Shown here: positions 38,393 to 51,370 of the stretch, piece after piece
How positions within the stretch are numbered: the stretch's first letter is position 1
Layout of the letters: every line of letters starts with the position of its first letter
Source: Heptranchias perlo
Lineage: Eukaryota
Length of the DNA: 64,000 nt
Assembly: GCF_035084215.1 (NCBI RefSeq)
Contig: NC_090325.1
Span: forward strand, 76,012,001-76,076,000
Direction of reading: 5' to 3'
Program-made: the position numbers and the translations under genes
The notes under the pieces: model-generated
Databases searched by the model: none
What the model was told of the DNA's origin: nothing
What the model saw: only the letters and a program-made list of their open reading frames with translations

Positions 38393-38677
38393 CACTTTCA
38401 TTTGGAACGTGTCGAGCAGGTTGTGACTTTATGCAAGATGATGGAACATCATATGGCTTGGTAAACCCACTTAAATTCTTTAATTGATTTTTGTAAGGTC
38501 ATGCATTCGCCATGAAGAAGCTGGAAGCTATGGGAATTCACAGCCGAATCTTGGCCGAGATTTTCCACTTCTGCATCCGTTAGCCCACAATTTCCTCCCA
38601 TTCATTTTAATGGGTGGAAAGTCACACACTGGTGAGAACAGAAACGGTGAATTTGAGCCCTTGGCTTTTATCCAGTA

Positions 38678-38744
38678 TCTGTATTGAGACTGCATGCCCT
38701 CCAAGGTCCATGTAAGGTTGGAGGGCATGCAGTCTCAATACAGA
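38678..38744. repeat. Perfect 27-bp inverted repeat with a 13-nt spacer
   Basis: tctgtattgagactgcatgccctccaa / ttggagggcatgcagtctcaatacaga. Confidence 0.95.
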
Positions 38745-39777
38745 AATATGTTGGGAGTGTGCTGCCTGGTATTTTTGTGCTGGGCAGCACTGGAGGAACA
38801 GGAGGCTGGTGCTGCTTCGGGGCTCAAGGTTATTTCAAATTGAAAAGGTTGTAAAAATTAATGCTGAGTTTTCCTGCCCTGCGTTTTCTGTTGGTTTGTT
38901 CCAGTAGTGCAATGCCATCAGTGAAAGCCTATATTAAACCAGGCTCCTAAACAACTAGACTTCAGGTTAAAATTTCTTTCATCTGTAATGTCCTTTGCTG
39001 TTACAAATGACAGAGAACCAATAGAAAATTTTTTTTTGCTGTGCTGTTAAGTAAGGATTCTGCAAGCTTCCTTTCAGTAGTTTCAGGCAAAGAAATCTTT
39101 TTCTACCCACCCTTCTGTCACAGACTACTTACCATTGGGTTCATTATGGGCATTTCCCTATATGAACATATAATGGTGGCAGAACAGAAACATGAGGAAG
39201 AAGAAATGAAAGAGGCGGGCAGGATAAGGCTGCACCAAAGGAGAAGGCCAACAATTAGGAAACACCCTTTCATTAGAGTCTATGGAGGTGAAATTGGCCG
39301 TGTAGCCCCCGTTTTTTAGGCCCAATGCGGACAACTAAGCCTCAAAAATGGAGTCCGAAGTGCAAGCACCTCCGATGGGAAGTGCGCAGGACACCATCTT
39401 GGTAAAGGGGTTTGCGCCCGCCGCCTAACGACCGCCAGCAGCATGCAGAGTAGGGAGATTATGATGCGAATCGGTGTGCAACACTGATTTGAAGGTACCG
39501 CTGTTATTTTGGAACTCCACACTCCAGCTAACACCCTGTCTTAATCTTGCACAGCTGAGCACAATGTTAAATGGCATGAATGACCCCCCCAGCAGGGCTA
39601 TTTAAAGGGATCATGAAGTACTTAGGTTAGTTGCTGGATTATTTATTCTGGCTGCTGGTGCAATTGTACGTGTTTTTGGAGGTTTCCTATGCTTGGCTAA
39701 AGTTTAAGTGAATGGTCTAGCTGGTCTTGCAGTACTTTCAGTGTCATTTAAAATATTGAATAAAGTTGCTTCCAGAC

Positions 39778-40860
39778 ATGGGTGGCCTGGCAGGGCTCCC
39801 TCTGGGAATTGAACATGATTGGGAGAATGAAGAGAGGCCTCGTAGAGCAGGACAAGCTGCTAGAAGAGGCAGGAGGAGGAGCAGGGCACTCAGCAGGAGG
39901 TTATATACATGGAGGGTCTTCAAGGAGCAATTGTCTTACCTCAATTTCAGCGACAACCAGTGCATCAGATGTCTTCAGTTCACTAAAGAGGTCGTGACTG
40001 AAATTTGTCACCTGCTGCAGCCACAAAGCAGGGCAAGGACAGCATTGCCTGTGGCTGTCATGGTGACAGTGGCTCTTAATTTTTATGCTTCTGGTTCTTT
40101 TCAGACTGCTGCTGGAGATATAAGCAACATCTCAGTTTGCAATGCACTGCAGTATAAGGGAGGTCACTGAGGCTCTCTATACAATTAGAAATACATTCAT
40201 CTCATTCCCTCTTGCCAGAGAAGAGTGAGCAGGAGGTTTTGCTTGGATTGCAGGCTTCTCATGGTGCAGGGTGCCATTGACTGCACGCATATTGCTATGC
40301 ATGCTCCTCATCTGAACTCTGTCATATTCATCAACAGAAAGGGATTCTGCTCCCTCAATGTGCAGCTGATGTGCGACCACAGGCAGTGCATCACAAAGGT
40401 GAATGCCCGCTATCCTGGCAGCAGTCATGGTTCATTCATCCTGCGGCAGTCCTCTGTTCCACCTGTATTTGAACCAGCATGGCAAGTCAAAGGCTGGCAA
40501 CTGGATGACAAGGGTTATCCCTTCATGAAATAGCTCATGACTCCGGTCAGGAATCCATGCACACATGCAGAGAAGGCCTACAGTTCGAGCCACGCTGCCA
40601 CAAGGAACACCGTAGGCATTCTCGAGCAATGCTTCCACTGCCTGGACCGCTCTGGAGGAGCCCTGCAGTACTCATCTGAGCAGATATTGAGATTTGTGGT
40701 TGTATGCTGCATGCTGCACAACCTGGCCATCATGAGGGAACAGCACTTGCCACCGCCTATCAGGAGAGAACCTGAGCAAGAGGAGGAGGAGGAGGAGGAA
40801 GTGGAGGAGAAAGAAGCACAAGAGGAAGCAGAGGAAGAGGAAGGGAGGCTACAACAATAA
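39778..40860 (+). pseudogene. Harbinger (HARBI1-like) DDE transposase with frameshifts and a stop
   Basis: ALNFYASGSFQ, VQGAIDCTHI, NRKGFCSLNVQLMCD, ARYPGSSH, DKGYP, CLDRSGGALQYS and CCMLHN motifs; acidic tail. Confidence 0.93.
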
Positions 40861-41188
40861 CAGGCCCATTCTGCCAGGGCTCTGAGTGATCAGATTATTA
40901 ATGAGCGATACCAGTGTTCAGCAGCTGATGTCTCAGGTTACCTTCTGCAGCCCCTAGCCAACACCAGTAACCTCAACAACACCTCCCCATTCACCAACAG
41001 TCCCACACTCCTTACCTTTCTTCTCTCACATGATCATCAAATCGTCCTCTTTATGATTACACATTGCTTCCTCCTTCAGCTCACCTCAGAAATAAAAACC
41101 ACCATCAAATGCAATTCAAACCCACATTTATAAATTAACTTATGAAATAATTTACACAAAATGAGACTATTCACCCTTGTGCATTCCC

Positions 41189-43450
41189 TTAGTGCTTGTC
41201 TTTACCTATCCTAGTGCTCCAATGAGATGCATCCCCAGTGGCTGCAGCATGGGTGGTGGAATCCTGCTGACCTTCAATTGAGGAGAGTGTAGATGGCCTT
41301 GGAGGACAACCTCGAGCAGTTCTGGGCCGAGAGACCCTGGCTTCAAACTGCACCATCTCGGCCTGGGCTGCTGCTGTCTGGGCTGGCTGGCTGATGGGCA
41401 ACAGCAAGGGCACTGGCGGAGTGGCTGGGATGGGAGCAGGAATGCTGTCATCCTGAGAGAGGACAGCAGGTTTTTCTTCCATGGAGCCACTGCCACTCTC
41501 CTGGGGAAGCACCTCAGCAATCCTGGTGATCTGCTGGAGAACAGATTGCTGGACTACTTTGATGTCCTGGAAGCCCCTTTCAACAGTAGTACCCAGAGCC
41601 ATGATAGCAGCAGTCTGATCTTCCAAGGCAGCAGCCTGAGATTCCAATGCAGCAGTCAGACTTTTGATGGAAGCTATTTGTGCTGCAATGGAAGTTAAGA
41701 CCTTGGTCATCAGACACTGCATCATGGTGGGTTCTACATGTGTGTTGATGGAGGTGACTACCCGTTCCATGTGGGAAAGGATGGGCTCCAAGTTCTGTGC
41801 AAAACCCTGTGCCAAGTTGGAGCTGGACTCCTCCATGCTCCTTGACATTGTGCACAGGCTTTCTGGCAGGCTTTCCAGTGCACCAAGCATTTGGTGGTGT
41901 ACGCCCATCAGTCTTCTTCGGTAGCCTAGCTCATCGAAGTCATCATCTGAATCCTCTGCAGCAGAACCAGTGTGCGACCTCACCCTCTGGCGAGCTGTCA
42001 CCTCCAGTATCCTTCCCCCCCCCCCCCCGACTCCTGTGCACTTGTGCCCGGTGTCTCACCATGTGCAGATCCCTCCTCTAACCTAACCTCTAAAGTACGC
42101 GCAGAGTCAGTCTCTGAGCTGGTGGCTGCAAGCGTAAGATCAAGTAACGGTGTCTCTTCATCATCATTGTCTTTTTCCTTTTCCTCCTCTGACTGGGAAG
42201 ATTCCAATTCTTGAGTATCTGAAATGACAAAGGGACACAGTTTGGGTTGTGGTGAGGGGAGAGGAGAAAGTAATAAGTGAGAGCTTATACCATCTGCAGC
42301 TTGTGAATCAGAAGGGATTGTGGGATGAGGGAGAAGTGGGAAGAGAGAAGCAGGATTCGGTAAGCAGAGACTCTCATCATCGATCCCTCCAGCGCCGCCA
42401 GTGGCCACGGCCTCAATAATGCCCCTTCACATGATGGCCAGCACTCTCTCCTCCATGGGGGTTAAAACGTATAGGCACGCCTGTCCTTCTCCAGTTTTTT
42501 GTTGCTGCCACCTGTTATGCGCCATCTTCTCCTGCAAGAAAGGTGGAAGTGTGTCAGTGAGTGACTGCAAATGTTTGGGTGATGTGGCTGTGTGTGTGAC
42601 CTGTGAGTTTCTTTTTTTTTTAATTCGTTCATGGGATGTGGGCGTCGCTGGCAAGGCCAGTATTTATTGCCCATCCCTAATTGCCCTTGAGAAGGTGGTG
42701 GTGAGCCTCCTTCTTGAACCGCTGCAGTCCATGTGGTGAAGGTTCTCCCACAGTGCTGTTAGGAAGGGAGTTCCAGGATTTTGACCCAGCGACGATGAAG
42801 GAACGACGATATATTTCCAAGTCGGGATGGTGTGTGACTTGGAGGGGAATGTGCAAGTGGTGTTGTTCCCATGTGCCTGCTGCTCTTGTCCTTCTAGGTG
42901 ATAGAGGTCGTGGGTTTGGGAGGTGCTGTCGATGCCTGTGCACAATGTCAAGGAGCATGGAGGAGTCCAGCTCAAACTTGGCACAGGGCTTTGCACAGAA
43001 CTTGGAGCCCATCCTTTGTTGTGGGTTTGAGGCTTGCAACAGTGTGAGGGTGAGGTAAACCATATGAATTGAAGGGTTAAGTACCGATTGATGGAAATCT
43101 TTGGTAGGTGAGTGATGGAGGGATAGTGAATTGAGCAGTGGATGAGGCTAATGGTGCAGTTGGTAGGATATGCCACTTGAAAATTGAGCTCACTCACTCA
43201 CCTTGACAACTCGTGTTGAATCATTGAACTTCTTCCTGCATTGCATCTATGTTCTTGGAGCTGCGCTCCTGGCATTGACTTCCTCCACTATTTCCTGCCG
43301 CTGCACCTTCAGCATATGTTCGGAGGGCCTCCCGCATCCCCCTCCCCCCACAGATGCAGGATGTCTGTCCTTCTCTCCACCTCTTGCACCAAGGCCTCCA
43401 GTGCATTATCAGAGAACCCTAGGTGCACGCTCTCTCGCAGGCTCAGCCAT
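41189..43450 (-). pseudogene. Harbinger Myb/SANT-like accessory gene, three exons, degraded
   Basis: Exon 1 ends ...QCRKKFNDSTRVVK|gtgagt (~43202); exon 2 EKMAHNRWQQQKTG..LTPMEERVLAI (~42533-42370); exon 3 is acidic then coiled-coil-like (ORF 41189-42001). Confidence 0.78.
42611..42932 (-). mobile_element. 3' end of the same LINE family as 28408, inserted in the Harbinger Myb intron
   Basis: Near-identical to the reverse complement of ~29435-29755; poly(T) at ~42612-42621. Confidence 0.92.
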
Positions 43451-44544
43451 TCTTCAAAGTATTAGAGCACTGAATCACTTCACAAATTTAATGTACTGCC
43501 TGCATCGCCATGAACGGGCGTGGGTTAATCGCGTACCCCGCGATCCCCGCACCCATTTTCGGGGGTTATCCAATTTAACCCCCATTAGATCTTACCGTAC
43601 CCTCAATGTTGACTCAGAAGAGGTCTGCTTAAGAAGACATCAATTCACTAGGAAGGCATAGAAGGAACTCTATCTTCCAATGCAAACTGACCTCCACACT
43701 AATTTCAGAACATTGGACTTCATGTGAGAAAATGGTTTTAGTCTGCACATATATTTTTATGGGTGCTTCTTTTTTCCACTGTGTCTACTCTGGTGCCTCT
43801 CTGGGCTGTCCTTAAACCTATCCTAGTACTGCAACGAGGTGATACCTGAGGGTCAGGAACACCAGTGGTACTTGGCTGCACTGTGGTATCCTGAGATTCT
43901 TGGGACTGAGATGGCCTTCATCTCAGGGTTTCTGAGTCTAGGGAGCCTGAGTCTAGCCGGCTGCAACACCACTGCAAGTGATGGGGCAGCCTGGTCCTGT
44001 ATCCTGCCACCAACATGATCAGGCATCAGAAACGTCTGGCTAGAAAAGTCACATGAGCGGTCACCAGGAGAGGGAATGGTGTCATGAAGGTGGACTCCAG
44101 CCATGCCCACTTGAGTTGGATCCTATATCTGAGTGCCCACTGATCAGTGGGAGGGCAGATCTGATGGTATCAGTTAGACCCTGCAGATCCTGAGAGATGT
44201 CACCTGAAGCTCTCGGGAGCCACTTTCCAAACACAGTATTCAAGAAAACTGAAGGTTTATTTATAAATCATATTTCTATTATTTAACTTATCTGTATTAG
44301 GACTATGCACAGAATTGGTGTTGGTGCAGGAGGCTGGTGCATGTAATGGCAAATGCTGCACTCATTTCCATTTACCACTCTCAATCTCAATGGGGTGAAT
44401 GCCTCCAGCACTTTGGCAGCCTCAGCCAGTGCACAGAACATCTTGCCATTCGTTTAAGGAGTTAAAAACAGATTAAATCTGTACCGTTGCACAAAAAAGC
44501 ACTTCTTGCAGGTCAATCAGGGACAGGAGGAGCATTGGAAGGAA

Positions 44545-45490
44545 CACAGGAATAGGAGTAGGCCATTCAGCCTCTTGAGCCTGTTCCGCCATTCAGTTAG
44601 ATCATGGCTGATCTGTATCTTAACTCCATCGACCCACCTTGGTTCCAGAACTCTTAATACCCTTGCCTAACAAAAATCTATCAATCTCAGTTTTGAACAT
44701 TTCAATTGACCTAGCCTCAACAGCTTTTTGAGGGACAGTATTCCAGATTTCCACTACCCTTTGTGTGGAAAAAATGCTTTCTGACATCACCCCTCAACAA
44801 CCTAGCTCTAATTTTAAAGTTATGCCCCCTTGTTCTGGACTCTCCCACCAGAGGAAATAGTTTCTCTCTATCTACCCTATCAAATCCTTTAATCATCTTA
44901 AACACCTCAATTCGATCACCCCTTCTATATTCAAAGCAGTACAAGCCCTAGTCCATTCAGCCTGTCCTCATAATTTAACCCTTTTAGCCCTGGTATCATT
45001 CTGGTGAATCTGCGTTGCACCCTCTCCAAGGCCAATATGTCCTTTCTGTGGTACGGTGCCCAGAACTGAATGTAGTACTCCAGATGGGGTCTAACCAGAG
45101 CTCTGTGCAGCTGTAACATAACTTCCACCCCTTTGTATTCCAGCCCCCTTGAAATAAAGGCCAACGTTCTATTAGTCTTTTAAATTATTTTTGTACCTGT
45201 CCACTAGCTTTTAGTGATTTCTGTACTTGGACCCCTAAATCCCTCTGCTCATCCACAGTTCCTAGCCTTGCGCCTTTCAGAAAATACTCTGAACTGTCTT
45301 TCTTAGGTCCAAAGTGGATGACCTCATACTTTCTCACTTTGAACTCCATCTGCCACAGTTTTGCCCACTCACTTAATCTATCAATGTCCCTCTGCAACTT
45401 TCTCCTCCCATCTATAATATTTATTGTGCCACCTACCTTAGTGTCACCTGCAAACTGCTCTCTATTCCTTCATCCAAGTCATTTATAAAG
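44545..45490 (-). mobile_element. CR1 fragment
   Basis: WQMEFKV..EVIHFG, LVRPHLEYYIQFWAP and TRGHNFKI motifs. Confidence 0.9.
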
Positions 45491-46833
45491 TCATTCCCAC
45501 TGTCTTCAAATATGTTGATGAGACCCGAGTGTTAAAATGGCCAGGTAAGTTTGTCCCACCCCCATCCCCACTCTGCATTCGTGCCCCAAGATAATATTGA
45601 GGTTTTAAATGATTTAGTTTTGTGGAGATTGCTAGTTTGTGACTGGCAGCTTTGCATACCTAGAATCATAGAATCATAGAAGTTTACAACATGGAAACAG
45701 ACCCTTCGGCCCAACATGTCCATGTCACCCAGTTTATACCACCTATATTTATTTGGGCCAAATATACTTGAGACTTCAGCTGGTGCACTGTCTATAGGCT
45801 AAACACCGTACTTGTGATCAATCTCTGCTCTCTGTCCCCACACTCGTACCCCTGTGCATGCTCTGTGTGCTATGCGCCCCCTGTTCCCTCTACCGTGAAA
45901 TTAAAGTTGAAGTAAACTAAACTAGATAGCTATGTACATACAAAGAGAACTTGATACCCGAGTAATGGTTACAAATTATTATTTGAGATTGTCTATATAT
46001 TAATTGGTTGAATACCATTTAAAAAATATACTAATAAAACTTATTTTTCAAAGTAAGATTTAAACCCACACATCCTGTAGGAGATCAGAACCAGCTTACT
46101 GGTTCATAACCAATGATTTCTATTTTTGTCAAATTAGAAAAGAATGCTGCACATAATATAAAAATATTAAATGCACTGTAGACAGATAAAGGCAGTAACA
46201 CAGTCTTGGCATTTAGGTGGCCCTCCGACCCTTATGTTATCTGATACCTTTGACTTTGGTTCTACCAACAACTTACTCCACTGGTTCTTCTGAGGCAAGT
46301 CAGCAGCGCCATCTGGCGTTTGTGCAAATGAAACATTTGAATTCCAACAGGGCAGTGCTGGTTTATGAAATGAATTTCGAGGGTGAAACTGCTTGAGATG
46401 TTGCATAGAAACGTAATCGATAAAATACACTCTCTCACAAATCTGAAGTTTTCTTCCTGTAAATTTTAAGTTAAAATATGTGGATATTTAACATGCAGGC
46501 TTTATTCATAAGGTTCCCGTTTGTCTCCCTCACTGGCTCCTGGTGTTTGGAAAGCAGTTAGACCAGTCACACTGTAGGCATTGATTTCTTCTTCCCCCAC
46601 CAAGCTTGCTTTTTGAAATTTATTTGGACATAATTCTTGAGACCACTGTGCAGTCAAATACGATGAAACCTTGGGTGAAGTTTTCCCACTGGCAGCAATC
46701 GCAATTGTTTGCAAACATTCTGTCCTACGATCTAATAATCACACCAGTGATCTGAAATAATCTTCTATCACAGATATGATCAATAAGCAGCTTCTACTTT
46801 CCTGTCTCTAGTGCCAGTAACACTGCACAATTT

Positions 46834-47090
46834 CCGTGGCATTCTCCGTGCCCCGGTGGCCCTGGAGAAGGAGCACGCGGTGTCTGCCGGTACGCTTGAG
46901 ACTTCCCGCGACCGGTGGGCACCGCAGGGACTGGAGTGCATCCTCCATCAGGAAAATAAAATTATTATTTGACTTTGTTTATTTGGTTCTGATTTGTTTT
47001 TTTAAAAATAAAGTTACACCCTAAACCCCCCCTTCTTAAAAACAAACTGCACAATAAAAGGAAAATGCAAATGGTGGGTTAGTATTTGTA
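46834..47090 (+). mobile_element. Tx1 3'-terminal fragment (same family as 1261-3882)
   Basis: Encodes VALEKEHAVSAGTLETSRDRWAPQGLECIL..ENKIII*; reverse complement of ~1400-1575. Confidence 0.9.
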
Positions 47091-48852
47091 CCTACTCCCT
47101 GCTCCCTTGTGAATCAGATACCCCCAACCCCAGCCCCTGCTGCTCAGAGTCAGAAGCTGCTACCCACTGCCTGGGCTTGGAAAATGGGGAAAACAGCATG
47201 TTTGGAAATGCTGACTTTATTTTACCATTAACACCAAATATAAATTTAAGTTGTGATAAAAATAAAAAATATAATAGGCATCTGAAACAAAAAGCAGAAA
47301 AGGTCTGGAGGCCCACCAGTATCTGAGAAAGGAAAGATGCGTTAACATTTTGGGTGGAGACTGTTTGTTAGAATGTAAACTTAGGTTGTGATATGGTAAT
47401 ACTGCTGCCAGTGGGAATATTTCACCCCAGGTTTCATAACTATTGACCACATAGAAATCTCAAGAATCATGTCCATATAAGTTTTTGACAACACTTCTTT
47501 AAAAATCTTTGATTTTGATAGTCTTTGAAAAAAGAGGCAGTAGCATTGAGTGAGAAATAACTTGCATGGGAAGACTGTTGGTCTCACAAAGATAATAATT
47601 GTGCTGTGGAAAGAATCAACTGAATCTAGGTAACCTACAAATAAGGCAGGATGGGAAGGAATGTGAAGAAAGATACTATAGTCTAGTTCCAATAAAAAAT
47701 ACTTTTTTGGTTCTATATAACTATGTTTGTCAAGTGGCACCCTGCAGCAAAGAGGCAGTAGGTTTCATTTACACAATATGCAGACCAGGGGTTTACTGTT
47801 TTACCTTTAATTTTTTTCCTTCTCACATTTGTCAAATCCACTTTCCTTTTATAGCCTCGGTTTTGCAAGGCTCTATCGGTAGCATGGGCCTTCACTGGCA
47901 GCAGGCAAGGGCTGGAAAATGGGGCACTGGATCTCACGTAACCAATTCATGGGGTGCATGATTTATCCAGTGGCAATTATGGGTCAAAACTGAGGCCGCA
48001 CTCGAGGGATGTGCAGCTTCATTTTAACATTAGAATCCACTGATTAATGATCCCTGGCTGAATTTCACATCTTCGGGCAAGACTCTACCCACCGTGTGAG
48101 TTTCACCCATAAAAATTGAGCGCAGGCGGTCTGAGGTCCTAGCCTGTTCAAGTAGGCCTCTTAAGCGGAGATGGTGATTTCCATTCACAGGTAATTTTTT
48201 GGGGGGTTTTGCTTCATTTTGCTGCACAGATTAGTTGGCTTTGCTCAGAAGTCATCCATTATTGCATTTTTATTTTTTCCTGTCAACACTTCTGCTTCAT
48301 GACTTTTGCTGCTCCACACGTACTGGGATGTATCAGAGGAGAATTGCCTTCACAGCCTCTGCTTCACAAGACAGCCTTTCATAGAGTTGTATCATCTGCT
48401 GTCCAGTGACCTGCAGATAACAATTAGGAATGGCATTTTCTGTAGAAGTTAAGGCTAAGAATATGTGCAAAAGGGCAATGCTTTCTCACAATATTTCAAA
48501 TAGGAATAACCAAAGGCTGACACAGTTCTCAGCTTAGGTTTGTCCCGCGTTTGATGGGCCCAAGAAATATGGGCACAAATGTGTAATTTTCTTCGTCTTG
48601 CTCCAGATATGAGAGACCTTTGCAACTGCACTAATTCAGTCATTGACCCCCAACCCTCCCACATTCAGCAGGCACCTGTTCTTTTACTGGAGGGTGGCCT
48701 TCTGCCCCAAGTAGCACCACCCTCCTTTGGCGCACTCCCTGCAGCAGAACCTCCAGCTCTTTACCATCTAAGGGAGCAGTGTTGCCCATATATCTCTACT
48801 GTGCCATTGTGAGCAATTAGTCCACTTTTCTGCCACCACAATTTCCCCTTTT

Positions 48853-51370
48853 ATAGAATCATAGAAAGGTTACAGCACGGAAGGAGGCCATTCGGCCCAT
48901 CGAGTCCATGCCGGCTCTATGCGCGAGTAATCCAGCAAGTCCCACTCCCCTGCACCATTCCCATAGCCCTGCACATTTTTTTTTTCACATACTTATCCAG
49001 TTCCCTTTTGAAGGCCATGATTGAATCTGCCTCCACCATCCCTGCGGGCAGCGCATTCCAGATCCTAACCACTCGCTGTGTAAAAAGGTTTTTCCTCATG
49101 TCACCTTTGGTTCTTTTGCCAATCACCTTAAATCTACGCCCTCTGGTTCTTGACCCTTCTGCCAATGGGAACAGTTTCTCTCTATCTTCTCTGTCTAGAC
49201 CCTTCATGATCTATCAAATCTCCTCTCAACCTTCTCTGTTCCAAGGAGAACAATCCCAGCTTCTCCAGTCTACCCACGTAATTTAAGTCCCTCATCCCTG
49301 GAATCATTCAAGTAAATCTCCCCTGCACCCTCTCTAAGCCTTCACATCCTTCCTAAAGTGCGGTACCCGGAACTGGACACAATACTCCAGTTGTGGTTGA
49401 ACTAGTGTTTTATAAAGGTTCATCATGACTTCCTTGCTTTTGTACTCTAAGCCTCTATTTATAAAGCCCAGGATCCCATATGCTTTTTTAACTGCTTTCT
49501 CAACCTGTCCTGCCACCTTCACCGATTTGTGTACATATACCCCCAGATCCCTCTGTTTCTCTACCCCTTTTAGAATTGTGCCCTCTAATTTATATAGCCT
49601 CTCCTCATTTTTCCTGTTGAAATGCATCACCTCGCATTTTTCCACGTTAAACTTCATCTGCCACGTGTCCACCCATGCCATCAGCATGTCGATATCCTCT
49701 TGAAGTCTATCACTATCCTCCTCACTGTTCACTACCCTTCCAAGTTTTGTGTCATCTGCAAATTTTGAAATTGTGCCCTGTACTCCCAAGTCCAAGTCAT
49801 TAATATATATCAAGAAAAGCAATGGTCTCAGCACCAACCCCTGGGGAACACCACTGCACACCTCCCTCCAATCCGAAAAACAACCGTTCACCACTACTCT
49901 CTGTTTCCTGTCATTTAGCCAATTCTATATCCATGTTGCTATTGCCCCTTTTATTCCACGGGCCGCAATCTTAATAGCAAGCCTACCATGTGGCACTCTA
50001 TCAAACGCTTTTTGAAAATCCATATACACCACATCATTTGCATTGCCCTCATCTACCCTCTCTGGTACCTCATCAAAAAACTCTACCAAGTTGGTTAAAC
50101 ACGATTTGCCTTTAACAAATCCATGCTGACTTCCCCTAATCAATCCATCCTCGTTCAAGTGACTGTTAATTCTGTCCCGGATTATCGTTTCCAAAAGTTT
50201 CCCCACCACTGAGGTTAAACTGACTGGCCTATAGTTGCTGGGTTTATCCTCACACCCTTTTTTGAACAAGCGTGTAACATTTGCAATTCTCCAGTCCTCT
50301 GGTACCACCCCCCTTATCTAAGGATATCTGGAAGATTATGGCCAGTACCTCTGCAATTTCCCCCCTTACTTCCCTCAGCACCATCGGGTGCATCCCATCT
50401 GGACCAGGTGACTTATCTATTTTAAGTACAGCTAGCCTTTTTATTACCTCTTCTTTCTCAATTTTTAGCCCATCCGGTATCTTAACTGTATCTTCCTTTA
50501 CCGAGACTCTGGCAGCATCTTCTTCCTTGGTAAAGTCCGATGCAAAGTAGTCATTTAGTACCTCAGCCATGCCCAATGCTTCCATGAGTAGATTCCATTA
50601 TAGTCCCTAAATCGATACCACCACCACCCCCCCCCCCCTCTTATTACCTGTTTACTGTTAACATGTCTGTAGAAGACTTTTGGATTTCCTTTTATGTTGT
50701 CTGCTGGTCTAGTCTCATACTCTCTCTTTGCCCCTCTTCTTTCCTTTTTCACTTCCCCTCTGAACTTTCTATATTCTCTCTGGTTGGCACTTGTGTTATC
50801 AACCTGACACCTGTCATACGCCGCTTTTTATCGCTTCATCTTACTCTTTATCGCCTTTGACATCCATAGAGCTCGGGCTTTAGTGCCCTACCTTTCTCCC
50901 TCATTGGAATGTATCTTGTCTGTACCCAAATCATCTCCTCTTTAAAAGCTGCCCACTGTTCAATTTTTGATTCCAATTTACCCGGGCCAGATCTGTTCTC
51001 ATCCCACTGAAATTGGCCCTCCTCCAATTGAGTACTTTTACTTTAGAGTGGTCAGAGTCCTTTTCCATATCTACACTAAACCTTATGATACTATGATCGC
51101 TGCAACCTAAATACTCCCCCACTGACACTTGCTCCACTTGGCCCATTTGATTCCCTAGAGCTAAGTCCAGCAATGCCTCCTTCCTCGTTGGGTAGGAAAC
51201 ATACTGGTCGAGAAAGTTATCTTGAACACATTTCAAAAATTCCTCCCTTTCTTTGCCCCTTATATTATTGTTATTTCAGTCCATATTAGGATAGTTAAAA
51301 TCCCCCGTTATCACTACTCTATGGCTTTTGCACCTCTCTGTAATTTCCCTGCAAATTTGCTCCTCTATAC
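48853..51370 (-). mobile_element. CR1 LINE, ~2.5 kb, endonuclease C-terminus through RT and 3' tail
   Basis: LDQYVSYPTRKEALLDL, LGCSDHSII, NYRPVSLTS and SKFADDTKL motifs. Confidence 0.94.

Larger units (their letters stand above)
39284..43583. mobile_element. Near-full-length Harbinger transposon (two convergent genes), inactivated
   Basis: TIRs ggaggtgaaattgg / ccaatttaaccccc (12/14 match); transposase on +, Myb gene on -; TSD not clearly preserved. Confidence 0.88.

Noticed and set aside
39778-40860. Domesticated host HARBI1 gene
   Set aside because: It has frameshifts and an in-frame stop, and is enclosed by TIRs with a convergent Myb gene, so it is a transposon copy.
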